Positions 27,901 to 40,100 of a DNA stretch of 64,000 bases are shown one piece after another. The stretch covers positions 13,146,001 to 13,210,000 of the forward strand of contig OZ249436.1 of NCBI GenBank assembly GCA_965235115.1. The letters run 5' to 3'. Position 1 is the first letter of the stretch. Each line of letters begins with the position of its first letter. Position numbers and translations under genes: made by a program. The DNA is from Laetmonice hystrix. Lineage: Eukaryota. Under the pieces are notes generated by a model. The model had not been told where the DNA came from. It saw only the letters and a program-made list of their open reading frames with translations, and made no database searches.

Positions 27901-29481
27901 TACAATTACCAGTGACATTAGTATGTACACAGTGATTAGTATAGGCTTCATGTGGTCGTCTATTTTTATCTTCCCAAGATCTTGACTTTTTCCCTGAAAA
28001 CATTACCATTAAATTATGGCATACATTTTGTCAAAGCTCATAGCTTTGACCAAATTCAATTCTCACCATTCTTTCCTCCAAGGAAAAAACATGTAGCTTC
28101 TGCTGGACCCAGAGATGGCATGGACATGTTGCCCTTTCCTTTCCTCCAGCTGAACATGTCAAGGGCACTTTCATCACCACTGACTGCAGCTCGAGCCAAA
28201 CTTGCAATATCACTGAGGTAAAAAACCACAGTGAAACTCAGTGAGAAGCTTGAGTATATGACACTTGTATCAATGATCAATACCATACTTGTGTCTGAAA
28301 ACAGAACTTACACACAACTCTTATGCTGCTCTTTCTACTTTTGATTCAGTACCCTTTAGAGGACTTACTGAGCTGGATCCATAGGCGCTGGAGGTCTTAG
28401 GACAAGTGTACTAAGGGGTTCGTTTAAATGGTGTTGGCACAGGGCACTTTGCTGCAACCGCCCCCTTGAATCTGCCTTCCACATCGCGATGACACCAGTC
28501 TATGTAAACACAATATAAATCACATATGGCTCTAACCATAATGTCATTTTGTTGAGGCAGTCAAAATAAATTGCTGGATAAGGTTCAAAGACTACAATAT
28601 AATCCCTAATAAAACCTTGATTTTAAGTTTACTGATCGCAATTTGATGTAGAGTTCCCCATAGTGGAGAATTATTATAGATCCTTCCTCAGACAAGCTGG
28701 GAAAGTTTTTACTCACTGAATCTCCTGTGAATAGTCGTGTGCCATTAGATGTCCAGTGCAGAACCTTGATATCAGCTTTGTGCAAGTGGCCACACTCATA
28801 CATTTCATGATCATGTTCATTCCAGACAGTCACTTCACCACTCTCCCAACCTACAGCTACTATCTTTTTGACTGGATGCCACTGGATAACCATGGGGGGA
28901 GTGGACCGCTGAATTTTACAGTCCTGTACTTGTTCTCCCTGAAACAGTTATTAAAGTAATGCTAATATGTCATATTCTTACTTCTAGATTTGACTTCAAT
29001 AGCTTTTTTTTTAACATGCATTATGCAGACTCTAGATGATATTTAAAGTGTCTCGTACCATTCTCTGCAAATATCCATACAGACTCTATACAGAATCAGC
29101 AATATGAGTGGGTTGAACCTAAATTGAAAGCTATATCAGGGCTTTCAAAATAAGCCAGCAGCCAGCGGGATCCTCATCTACAAGGGTATCCTGTGCCAGC
29201 TACTTTAAGCGAAATTCCAGACATGGATTGCAGTTGAGGATGACCACAAAAAATTGATAGTGCATGCTACTTCAGCCTAATCCTTGCCTACTCAAACACA
29301 ATATACTGAACACATGGTTTTACAATTGACAACTAACCTCATCCATGTATAGATTGACATTTCCTCCAGCATGATCACTGAATGAGCCAACAGCTAACAA
29401 CTTGTGAATTTTGTGCCACTGCAAACGTGTGTTGGCACCTCCTGACGGACCTTGGATTTTGTGGTCAAAATACACAGCCAT
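17914..29481 (-). CDS. IFT140: Intraflagellar transport protein 140 (IFT-A core; WD40 + TPR), ~1490 aa, 31 coding exons
   Basis: Start [12 protein letters not shown]...[13 protein letters not shown] (ATG at 29481). Recognisable IFT140 segments: [107 protein letters not shown], and an acidic C-terminus. Exons (minus): 29481-29338, 28938-28717, 28499-28369, 28212-28067, 27781-27606, 27366-27278, 26676-26570, 26411-26260, 26045-25953, 25791-25681, 25361-25283, 24889-24798, 24569-24442, 23804-23687, 23450-23302, 23081-22907, 22721-22590, 22394-22171, 21966-21789, 21614-21531, 21299-21193, 21071-20976, 20862-20730, 20558-20415, 20202-20074, 19934-19752, 19580-19374, 19260-19048, 18760-18594, 18463-18322, 18135-17914. 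Total 4473 nt, a multiple of 3. Confidence 0.96.
18805..18955. repeat. (AAT)n microsatellite in an IFT140 intron
   Basis: Long aat run with interspersed agt triplets. Confidence 0.95.
23887..24306. mobile_element. Degenerate Tc1/mariner(pogo)-like MITE in an IFT140 intron
   Basis: ta|CAGTCGAAC...GTTCAACTG|ta termini with TA flanks. Confidence 0.55.
25027..25165. mobile_element. Short MITE with 14-bp TIR in an IFT140 intron
   Basis: cagggctcgaaaaa / tttttcgagccctg. Confidence 0.65.
26683..26985. repeat. Tandem repeat, ~102-bp unit, ~3 copies, intronic
   Basis: Units agatatca..aacacttact.gtatacaat...ctacaaactatc start at 26683, 26786 and 26888. Confidence 0.9.
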
Positions 29482-29832
29482 TTTCTACCTAAAATGGTAA
29501 AATATAATAATCTGGTCATAAACATAAAACAAGGTTCAAAGTTGGTCAAAGTATAATGTCAGTTGGCAACTGTAATCTTAAAGACATGAAGAGACCTTGT
29601 TGAATGATTCACAAAGCTTAAAAAAAGACATCACTGGAAATGAATGTGAATGTATTTAATTTTATTATGGATGCCTAACCTACCATATAGGCTCTAATCT
29701 AGCCGAATAGATTATAAACTGTGGTAGTAATAAACTAGTCTGAACTAAAGATAGTAGACTCTAGTAAAGTGAGAAATACCCCAGCCAAAGCCACAAAGGC
29801 AAATGCAACATTGATTTACATTAGTCTAGACT

Positions 29833-30473
29833 AAAGGTCGGTTTATAGTCCGTCGACCGACCATCGCCCGACCATCGGTCAAAGTTCACGTAGACTTAAA
29901 GCCCAGTTTATAGTCCCTCAACTGACCATCGCTGAAGGTTTATAGTTGCAGTGATCCGGCCGTTGGCCGACTGATCGCTGAGAGTTAAGTCTACGTGAAC
30001 TTTGACTGATGGTCGGCCGACGGACTATAAACCGGCCTTAAAGCGAGGGTCTCGTCCTTCAGCATTGTGTGATAAGCGGTCCACCCTAACGGTCGATGTG
30101 CTATTTATAGATGTCAGTTCCTATGGCTATGCTACAGCATAGGATGGACGTGAAATAGGTCACTAGGCCGAGGTGGTTGCGAGCATGGTCTAACAGACGA
30201 GACTGCTGCTTTAACTCTGACTCAGCGATCGGTCGGCCGACGGCCGGATCGCTGCAACAATAATTAAGGCTGGTTTATAGTCCGTCGGCCGACCATCAGC
30301 CGACCATCGCTCGACGTTAGGTCAAAGTTCACATAGGTTTAACTCTCAGCGATCGGTCGGCCGATGGCGCTGAACTATAAACGTCGAGCGATGGTCGGCC
30401 GATGGACTATAAGTATAAACCGGCTTTTAAACGTTCAGCGATGGTCGGCCGACAGACTATAAACTGGGCTTAA
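29833..30473. mobile_element. Stack of nested palindromic MITEs, including a TTAA-flanked insert (30042-30210)
   Basis: Multiple copies of ggtttatagtccgtcggccgaccatc and its reverse complement; inner ttaa|agcgagggtctcgtc...gacgagactgctgct|ttaa. Confidence 0.75.
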
Positions 30474-30844
30474 GTCTTACTCTTAGCATGGCCCATCCTA
30501 TTCCTAGGCCGGGTAGGCCCATCCCCAGCCCAGGCCATACCCATGCATGGCCATGCCCATGCCATGGGCCATGGCATGGATGGAGGGTGGGGCTTCAGCG
30601 ATTCTTCAAAGAAAACCATTCCAATTAAGTTTACCTAGGTGTTTACCTAATCCAGTGAACGTTCTACTACTGAGGGTTGTCGAGTCTTGACTTTATCTTT
30701 ATGCCTACTACTGCCACTGACAGTGACACAGTGACAGACAGGGTCCAGCTCCCAGGTCAGTGCCAGTCAGTCAGTGACTGATCGAGTGCAGTGCCGCCAG
30801 CCAACTTGTTGTTTTGAGTCCTAGGATACCGTCGAGCTCAAATA

Positions 30845-30858
30845 GTTTCCGTGACAAT
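30845..30858 (-). promoter_or_regulatory. Candidate RFX X-box for IFT140
   Basis: The minus strand reads ATTGTCACGGAAAC, one mismatch from the RTHNYYWTRRNRAC X-box consensus; it lies in the 5' region of a ciliary gene. Confidence 0.5.
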
Positions 30859-30998
30859 TTCGACAAGACGGTGTATTGTCTTTTCTCCAATAGTAAAGTA
30901 TATACTACACAAGTACAATACACTTTTCCGAAGACCTATAGGCTATATCCGTAGTAAATCACATGTTTAGAGGAAAAACAGCAACGGGCCGGGTAGAC

Positions 30999-31006
30999 GT
31001 AAACAA
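30999..31006 (+). promoter_or_regulatory. Candidate forkhead (FoxJ1-type) site in the IFT140/DECR2 divergent promoter
   Basis: GTAAACAA; a short motif that could occur by chance. Confidence 0.3.
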
Positions 31007-31258
31007 CACTCCACCATCTTGTGTGCAGTCAGGAATTCCGAAGTACCCGGATGCACTTCTACACTTGGCCAATGATGTCGTTAAGTTGTCATGCTGAAAT
31101 TACAGAGTAAATAAGAAGCTGAATAGCCTAAATGATGAATCTTTAGATCTTTGTGCAGAACCCTAGACTCTATAGTCTTTTTCTTTCGGTTACTAGGCCT
31201 AGTAGAATAACGTAAAGTGATATCCTGTGGATGTCACATGACCTGAACTTTGTCCAAA

Positions 31259-31726
31259 ATGGCGGCGTCGGCCTTGCATCGGGAGGAGTGTATTCCAAAC
31301 TTCAAATATATTTTTCAGGCAGATTTATTCAGGTGAAAATGAAAATGGCATTTTAAGTAAACTGAATGCTATAGTCTTGTTTCAACCATGCATTAAAGGT
31401 AGCATGACGATATACCGTTAACTTCTGTAGCCACGTCAAATCTTGTGCATTATCACTCGGGGTTCAAAATCAAAGCGGCCGACGAGAACGTCGCGTCGGG
31501 AACCCTGGCCACACAGCCGCAGGCCGACGGGCTGACGGGCCTCCCGCTGTGCACTGCCGACGGGATCGACATATCCGCCCACCGGATGACACGAACCAGG
31601 GGCAGATTCAGGATTTTGGAAAGGGGGTGGGGTGGAAAGAGGGTGTGGGGTCTGAATGGTGAACTGTGCGATGCGCAAAGTATCATTACATTAGTATGGG
31701 TGAAAGCCATTTTTTTCAATGGGTGT

Positions 31727-31757
<31 letters not shown>

Positions 31758-34235
31758 GATAGTATGTAATCTATTTTAGACCTGAGATAGGGGGGTTTAA
31801 TTCCAACCATAATATTAGTCATTCATTTATCCTCTTTTTTTGAGGAGAGGGGGGTCTGGAAACCCCTGGCTACACCGGTGGGGGGCCCCCTCCCTGGATC
31901 TTCCCCTGCAGACGGCTTGGCCAGCCATGTGCTGCGTATGCTGGTTGGTCTGTATAGACCTTTATTATATATGTACTAGGCCAGTATAACTTCATGCACC
32001 TAAGCCTCTAAGAAGTTTTATTGTGCAAGAGTAGCGGTTATAATTTTAAAAAAATGAAATAAACATATTGCTATTAGGTAAGTTGCCTAATAATAATGCT
32101 GAAAATAATTATTTTTGTTCCTACCAGGGGCAAGGTTGCTTTCATCACAGGAGGTGGTTCAGGCATTGGTTTTACTATTGCTGAAGTGTTCCTGAGGTAA
32201 GAAAATTACCCAACTTAAACATGGGATCAAGTTAATCTTGTGACCAGTCTGTTCACTTCTGTATGATAAACTATTGCAGATAATCTAGCTAGTATGGTAC
32301 ACTCTTTATATGTGTACAATTGAAAATGATCACAAAGCTATCCCTTTTTATTGTTTTACACTTCTTTACAAGTAAAGAGAAGAAATAGATCTTTTATCCA
32401 AATTTATATTCTTGGATCACAGAGTAGCTAACAGGTAGCTAAGGGCCTTTTTTTACTCTGGAGTATTTTACTTTTTTAGACATGGTTGTTCAGTTGCCAT
32501 TGCCAGTCGTAATGTGGATAGACTAGAGGCAGCAGCTGCTACACTTGAACAGGTCACAGGAGGGAAATGTTTACCAGTCAAAATGGATGTGAGAAAGGTA
32601 TGACTTTTAACAGTATGAGGTAGAGTTTAGTTTTTCCCAGTAGAGTGCAAACATGACTAAAAAGTTCTATTACACTGTTTACACCACAAATAATGAATTG
32701 CCTCATAGTACAATGTTAAAAAAGTAAAATCTGTTAAGGGCACAACATTGTCCATATTCCATTATGCTAAAACAGCTGCTAAAAACTGCTTGCCCCGTTG
32801 ATTATGGAACCCATGAGAGTTGGCATGATCACCATGCAGGAATGATGCTTTTATCTGTCCCAGCCAGAAGAAATCATGAGAGCTGTACAGACAGTGTTAG
32901 CCCACTATAAGAAAGTCGACATATTGGTGAACGGTAAGTATTAATCAGTATACACAGCTGTTTCTATTAGAATGCATATTTACAAGACAGTGATTTCTAG
33001 TTAATGCTAGTTGTGAATTGATGTGGTTGAGCGAGCCTTCATTGTTACTATTTACATCCAGGTGCTGCTGGAAATTTCCTCTGCCCTGTTGACAGTCTAT
33101 CCTTCAATGCCTTTAGAACTGTGATTGAAATTGATGCAATGGGAACATTTAACACAAGCAAAATCATCTTTGAAAAATGTTTCAAGGTGAGTATGATTTG
33201 TATTGAATTATTTGTTAAAAAATAATAGAAATTAAATTGTTTTTGTACTCCTTTTTTATATAAACAATTAGCGTGGTCGAAAGTTGCTTTTCGTCTTTCA
33301 TCTGATGTTGTGTTTATTGCCTGGCTCTCCAAGGACTGTGGTGGAGTTATTCTCAATATCACAGCTACCTTGCATTACCGAGGCACAGCACTGCAAGCAC
33401 ATGCTGGATCTGCAAAAGCAGCCATAGGTAACTTTGTATAAGAAAAAAAGTTTTCATAACTTTGCTTTACATAACTTTACACATCGTAAATGCAAATTTC
33501 ATCTTTACTTTAATATGCATCACAGAAGACAATACCAGCTAGTCTCGGTGCTCAGCCTGGTTTTGTGGTTTTTGTATACATATATTCTTTTTCCTAAATA
33601 TGTTGATTTTTTTTTCGATGGTTCTTCTGTTCCCATGCCCATATGTATTTCTTTCAGATGCACTGACGAAGCACATGGCTGTAGAATGGGGATCAAAAGG
33701 AGTTCGTGTGGTAGGAATAGCCCCTGGCCCCATTGCTGACACAGAAGGAATTCGAAGACTAGGTAGGTCATGGCACCAAGTAGACATGAGTGATTGACAA
33801 AAGGGTTCAATAACTGTGAAGGGGATGTATGGTAGATTTGATTCCCATCTCGTGATGCAACTAGATTTATAAATAGAAAAAGGTCATATATTTATTGTAG
33901 CATCCCATAATAAACTCTTACATGTTGTACGGCAGGCTCATTGTATTGTGACTAGACAATGAATATCCAAGTCCATAACCCGGAATCACAATGGATGATG
34001 ACCTGTTTCAGCTGGGGACCTGCTTCCTCTGGCCTTGCCCTTCATCCCCGTAGGCCGACTGGGTACGAGGGGGGACATCGCCAGCATTGCTCTCTTTGTG
34101 TGCAGTGATGGTGCTGGCTTCATATCGGGGGAGACGATTGTCGCAGACGGCGGAGCCTGGCTCTCCAGCCCAAACACTGCCGACCTTCGCAAACACAAGC
34201 TACATGGAAGCACCACGCCAACGAGCAAAATGTGA
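31259..34235 (+). CDS. DECR2: Peroxisomal 2,4-dienoyl-CoA reductase (SDR family), 292 aa, 8 exons
   Basis: Exons 31259-31332, 32128-32196, 32480-32597, 32864-32933, 33062-33186, 33334-33427, 33658-33762, 34012-34235 (879 nt). Motifs: [102 protein letters not shown]-terminal SKM is a PTS1 variant. Confidence 0.95.
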
Positions 34236-36534
34236 AGAATGGTGGCAAATGAGACTTTGGAACCATAATTCTTTTGTAGCTTTGGCAAATACGAAAGATG
34301 GAAAGACACCATCTCACCTTTGTAGAATATGACTGTTTTAAGAGAGGTTTTTGAGAAGAAGTCCCTGTTCTATAACCGACAGCTAGATGTTGGTGGGAAA
34401 CTGGGATGTGTGCTACGGTAATGTAATATGTGCGCGAATGAAACAGATTATAATGTCGTTAAACTGTCTCCCAAATAATTGATAAGAATGAAGTGACTTC
34501 GAGATGAGTTGATTGATGTACCCGGGTAGGTTTGTAAGTATTTGATGGTGCTATATAATTGTAGAATGAACCGATGTGAGTTTCTCAACCTTGGAGTTAA
34601 CCTTACTATAGGTTTCTAATTCGTGTGGCTTCATTCTTCGATCGGTACATCGCTTATAATAACTTAAGAATTTGGTCGAAAGTAAAGATCCATAGCCCTG
34701 ACACTACAATAGCCTACACTTTCATGATGCATGTGACACTGCCCCGTCTGTGTTGCAGTCTGGTACTGCCCTGATGGTCTCAAAAGGTTTCACCGGTAGT
34801 GGTCCTCGTGGTCTGTGCAGAGAGTGTGCATATGCATATAGGTAATGTTACGTAAGATCTATTGTTCTGCGTACAATTTAAGTGCAGAGCTTCATTAAAA
34901 AATCGCTTTCCTACATGAATATATTCTGATTTCTTTTTTTACTGACTTTAAAAATTATTTTTCCTGTATTTTATTTTATATATTTGATCTGACATTCAAT
35001 TGCTCAGAGACCTCGCGCTGTTACCTCCACGCAAAACTATTAATTCAAAATATAAAGGTTTTCCAACTGAGGTAAGAATTCCGGAGGTTGATCTCGGTGA
35101 CCACCCCATGGGGACACAAGAAAAGTCAACTCACTGGGGTACGTGTTCGTCTCTGCCTGTTTGTCCCGTGACTGGTTCGCTTTACATGATACCCTGGGCT
35201 AACCTTCCGAATTCTACCTCTACAGGAATGGAGTCTCATTCGCCAAGCCATTTCTGGCATATATTACAAGCTACGGTGTGCTACATACATGAAATATTCT
35301 AAGCGCCACTTGGCAGTCACGGTAGCACGTAAGCACAAGGAAATGATTCCTGAATGTGCATTGGGGATTCCAAGAGGCAAGCATAGAAACACAGCAATGA
35401 CTTTACTCTATACCGAATTTTGGGGCTGACAGAGGGAAAGGGTAGCTGTAAATTCATTTATTAAGCACAATCGTAAAGCACGTATATTATTATATTATTA
35501 TGGTAGGCACCAATTGGAATCGATGGCTACGATTCCGTTACGCCTCAATCGACTTTATTTCGACATTTGTCGGCTGCACGATTGCCTTGTTACAGAGAGC
35601 GCTTTCCATATTTACAGGAGATTGCATAGTTTACAGTCTCGCATACATACACGAGTAGAACGTCTAAATCCTATAAACTGACCTGTAGCGATTATTCATT
35701 CTTTGTGACATTCGATAAGCACAGAAGGCTGGGTACGCAAGTACCGATACTATCTAGAGTGTACGGACACTTTTAAACAAATTTAGCAACGCAAAAGAAC
35801 AAGTAAAAGTATTTAGAAACCACGAGTATCAGCAAACGGCTGACATTCATGTGTAACGTCATCTTGAGCTGTTCTTCCTTATGGCCATAATGTAGGAAGA
35901 ACCTCAGATCGTGTGTTTGCATAGGCCCACGATGCGAAGTAGTGAATCGTCCTGTCATATTTCTAAAATCGAGGGTCGGTGAGTGGACAAAGGCTAAGAC
36001 GACTTTTGGCTTTAAATCTGATCGGGAGTCGTACATCTAGAGGAAAAGTGAATAAAGACACAAATCCCCGACCCGCATCAATCTAGCTTGTCATTCAATA
36101 ATTCGAGAAAGGCGCATTCGGTTCGGTCTAAAGGAGAAACGGCTGATTTGTTCTGTGACTGTAAAAAAAACCATTCAACCCTACAGTGATTTTTTGGTGG
36201 GGGGGGGGGGGGGGGGGGGCAGCTAAGACCTGTTCCAAGAGCATTCCAAAGTTGTGAACGGGAAGTGAGGCCTCCCCACCATATCAAGGGTCCTGACCAT
36301 TTGTGAACTCCGAGGGGGGGGGGCGCCCCTATCAAAACACCCATTGCCTTCCTATCGCAAACCCCCCTGTCCCCAGCCTGTCCGCAGCCTGTCCGCACAT
36401 GATCAACGCCCTTCCCGCCTCCCTCCAACACCAATTTCATTGATCATTGCCCTCGGACTAGGTCCGATGCCCCTCGCCTATTACAAGCTCATACCGAAGC
36501 AGAAGGCCTGATAGTAGCAGATGGGAAGAATTAA

Positions 36535-37140
36535 TTAAGGCCAAGGGTATGCAGAATATAGTGAGAGAAACAACAATACAATATTTCCCAGAATGGTGTC
36601 CGTGAGCTTAAGGCTACCACTTTTACAGACTTGTTTCTCCTCCGCCAGGAGACTTCGTGCCTGCTCCCTGCGATGTTGCTGAAACTGGTGGCCATTGCAG
36701 GCATGTTTGGCACAGCACTGGACACAGTGGCGCCGTCTGTTTTCTCTGGTTGTGCATGACTCCTCAAACGTGGCGCACTGCGACTTCCCGCGGCAACCAC
36801 GCATGTATCTGAACTCCCCCCACGAATCCTCCGTCGCTGATATCTAAAGGAGACAAAATGAAGACGGATATAAATATACGCATTTGTCTGAGGTACGGTT
36901 GTTTTGCATTGGATTTCATCTTAATCAAACACGAATTCACCAAAAGGCATTAAAATACGTGATTAGGTAGAAATTGTGACATGCTATTGGTCCCCTGGAT
37001 AGAGGCATGGTCACGGCTTATTACGCCGTGATTATACTTACAAAACAGACTTGTGACGACAAACAAGGTTTGGTCTGAGAGTAGGTCAGTTGGCGTTGGT
37101 CACAGTCAGTCGTTCGTGTACAGGTGTAACATCTCAATAC
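36535..37140 (-). other. LU/three-finger domain plus GPI-signal exons of the cadherin-LU gene
   Basis: VLRCYTCTRTTDCDQRQLTYSQTKPCLSSQVCF|ISATEDSWGEFRYMRGCRGKSQCATFEESCTTRENRRRHCVQCCAKHACN...ILGNIVLLFLSLYSAYPWP*. Confidence 0.85.
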
Positions 37141-40100
37141 CTACAACAATTCGTTAGGAATGCGGTTAAAATTGACGGCGAGCGTGTTTCAAAAAGATTA
37201 ATAAGGAGAAAAACCTGTAGATTAAGCCTTTTCGGACCATTGTTCTCGTTCGTCAAATCGTTCTGATGCATTACGATTTGGCGCTCTATGTAGGCCTATA
37301 TTGTTTGCCTCTACCCCTAATTCACAATGATAATTTACAAGAATCGTCATTTGTCTTATTGTATATAGGGAACTGTGATTCAGATATGTCGGGAGTCGAG
37401 GTCCATTTGATGAAATTGATGTCTCGTTAAGAACAGGTGTTTGTGGAGGCGATACGTAGTCATCCATGAACTCCATCATATTCCGCATGGCTGGGTGGTC
37501 GATAGCTTCTCTTTGTAAATACGAAACGCAGCAGCATTGATATGCTAGTGAGTGCAGTCTGATATCCTTTAGCACCTTTCTTTATGGGGAGAAATACCTT
37601 GACAGTGACATAGTAGTAATCTATAAGGTGTTAAAAGCTTTCTCTGAACCATTCAATGAGAATGAAGCTTTAGGTTGTGACGAATAAAGCCATGATTGCA
37701 GGTTTTATGACGAATCTATTTGTTAGGAAAAAAGGACATATATTAGTTCGAGTTCCTGTCGGAATTTATGAAGAAAAGCTATGCGCTCCAAAGTTTACAG
37801 TGAAACCGTACGAACACAATTCATATACAAAGAATGCATGGTTGGGTGTTCTGCCCGAGCTGACACTATCAAAAACATATCTATAGTAGCCTACACGTAT
37901 CTGCAGACAATCTGGCGGACCCACCAACGGCATAGCCATGTTTCTGGTCTAGTATCTGCATCCATGTTAGAGCCTTGCCCTAAGGTATAGTTTGGAGCAT
38001 TATGTCATTGTGAGCCGTCCTAAAATACAGTACGACATGTATACTACATGGGTTTATAAATGTCAAAGTCCTGGAGGAGTTTCAGGTCATGCTATTTCCA
38101 CTCTATAACGGAAACTAACGACTGTTTTTAATGCCAGCCTATCAGCAGGGTAATGGAACCTTCTCCTATCTTTTTCATGGCTAGGAATAATTGTCATCAT
38201 TGCATGTTTGTAAAAGAGAACTTCGTCTGCCATAGGGAAACAGAGATGGCCTTCAAGCTGTCTACTATATTCAGTGTCACCAAAGTTGGAGTGTGGAAAG
38301 TAACGTTGGCTAAAACTCTGAAATGATAGTCTATTGTTGCGTGTTAGAGACCAAGGCCGGATTTATCATGCTTCTAAAAATGGGGATATTTATCTATCAT
38401 GGGTATATACATTCCACGTGGGAACAGGAGATTTGACATAAATACTGAGATAAAACGGCAAAATATAAAAAAACCCGATGACCTTTGATTATGCATTCAA
38501 CTTCTTTTTTAAAAATTTTGAATCTGACATGGCCTTCCCTGCAGGTGCTCGCCTACCTTCGACCCGTTGATGGACGGAGATTCCATTACGTCAATTGATA
38601 TCGACACTGAGCTCGACAATCCACCACCGTCCTGTAAATATAATTATAGTTGTATAAAAGATATACGGAAATCAAGTATAATTAGAGTTGTATAAAAGAT
38701 ATATGGAAATCAAATATAATTATAGTTGTATAAAAGATATACGGAAATCAAATATAATTATAGTTGTATAAAAGATATATGGAAATCAAATATGTATAAA
38801 AGATATACGGAAATCGTATTCACCCTCTGGTAGGGTCAAAATTGTTCCGGACCCAAAAGAAAAATTTCGCTAGGAAAACAATTTCAACAAATCGAATTTA
38901 AATAGGAATGGCATATAATGTAAGCTATACACTATTCCTTACCGTTGCTATCAACTCCAAGGTGAAAGCCCGTCTCACATTGTAATTAAGATTGTCCGTC
39001 AATATTAGACTACCTTGTACTGGGTCAATCATAAAAAAGGACGATTGTTTCTGCAAGAAGATATAATATGTCTGTAATATTACACGCAGAGAGGGTGGAG
39101 AATTTTTACATGTGCATGTCAATATAGGCCTATATTACATCGGGGCGGATCGGCGGGGAGGGGGGGGGGTCGACCCTTTTTCCAGAAACCGTTCGAAGGT
39201 TTAGCCCCCCCCCCCAAACAACAACAATATTTTTACACAAGTATATATAATTATAGTACATTTCCAGACTTTATTTTCAGTCTGATTTTCGGTCAATTCC
39301 TTGCCTAAAACGTAATAAATCACTCAAATTTTTCAATTTTTCTTTCTGGGGGAACATGCCCCGGACCCCCTAGCATATTGGAGACAAGTAAAGAAACAGC
39401 TCTGGATCCGCCCCTGTACATGTACATGCTGTCTAAGAAAGTTGATTCGTGAATCTCTTTTGTAATTATACTGTATAGATGGATACAATAATGTGTATTG
39501 TTGTGTACAAAGATTGTTTTATTTCTCCCAATCGCAAGGAGATATGCAGGAGTCGTAAGTAAATTGGAAGCAATGAATCTGTGTGTGAAAAATAAGGACG
39601 TACGCGCAATGAAAAGGTGACGAGGCTCCAAACACCCGTGTCGGGGTCGCCGGCAGTTACCTGGTATACCTTCGTCCCTATCGACGCCGCCTGTCAACAG
39701 TCAATCAACAGTAATTATGTTATTTATACTGTCCCCATCGTGTTGGCAATGAAAGGTGTCAAATGATATACACTGATATCAAGGTAGGAGACGTTTCAAC
39801 ACCCCACATGGTCCTATACGGCCTACATACAAGCGTTCGATACTTTCAGAGCCCCTCTATACTGAAAATCTTCCCACAGAATTCATTCAATAGGAGACAA
39901 AACGTGACAAGGTGAACCACTGTAATAGTCACGCAGATTTCACTTGGATCTCCTGATTGGATTCCAGGTTGACATGAAAAAGAACATGGAGGCCAGTCCT
40001 CCAGTCAGTATAATATGTGGCACGCACGCACGCACCCCCGCCAGCCCCAGTACATACATGTACAATGTACATAAAAAAAAGTATTAGGGGTATTTTTGTT

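Noticed and set aside
37222..37575. 117-aa minus-strand ORF between the cadherin and LU exons as an extra exon
   Set aside because: I found no phase-0 acceptor/donor pair that fits the flanking exons and no recognisable motif; RNA-seq could overturn this.
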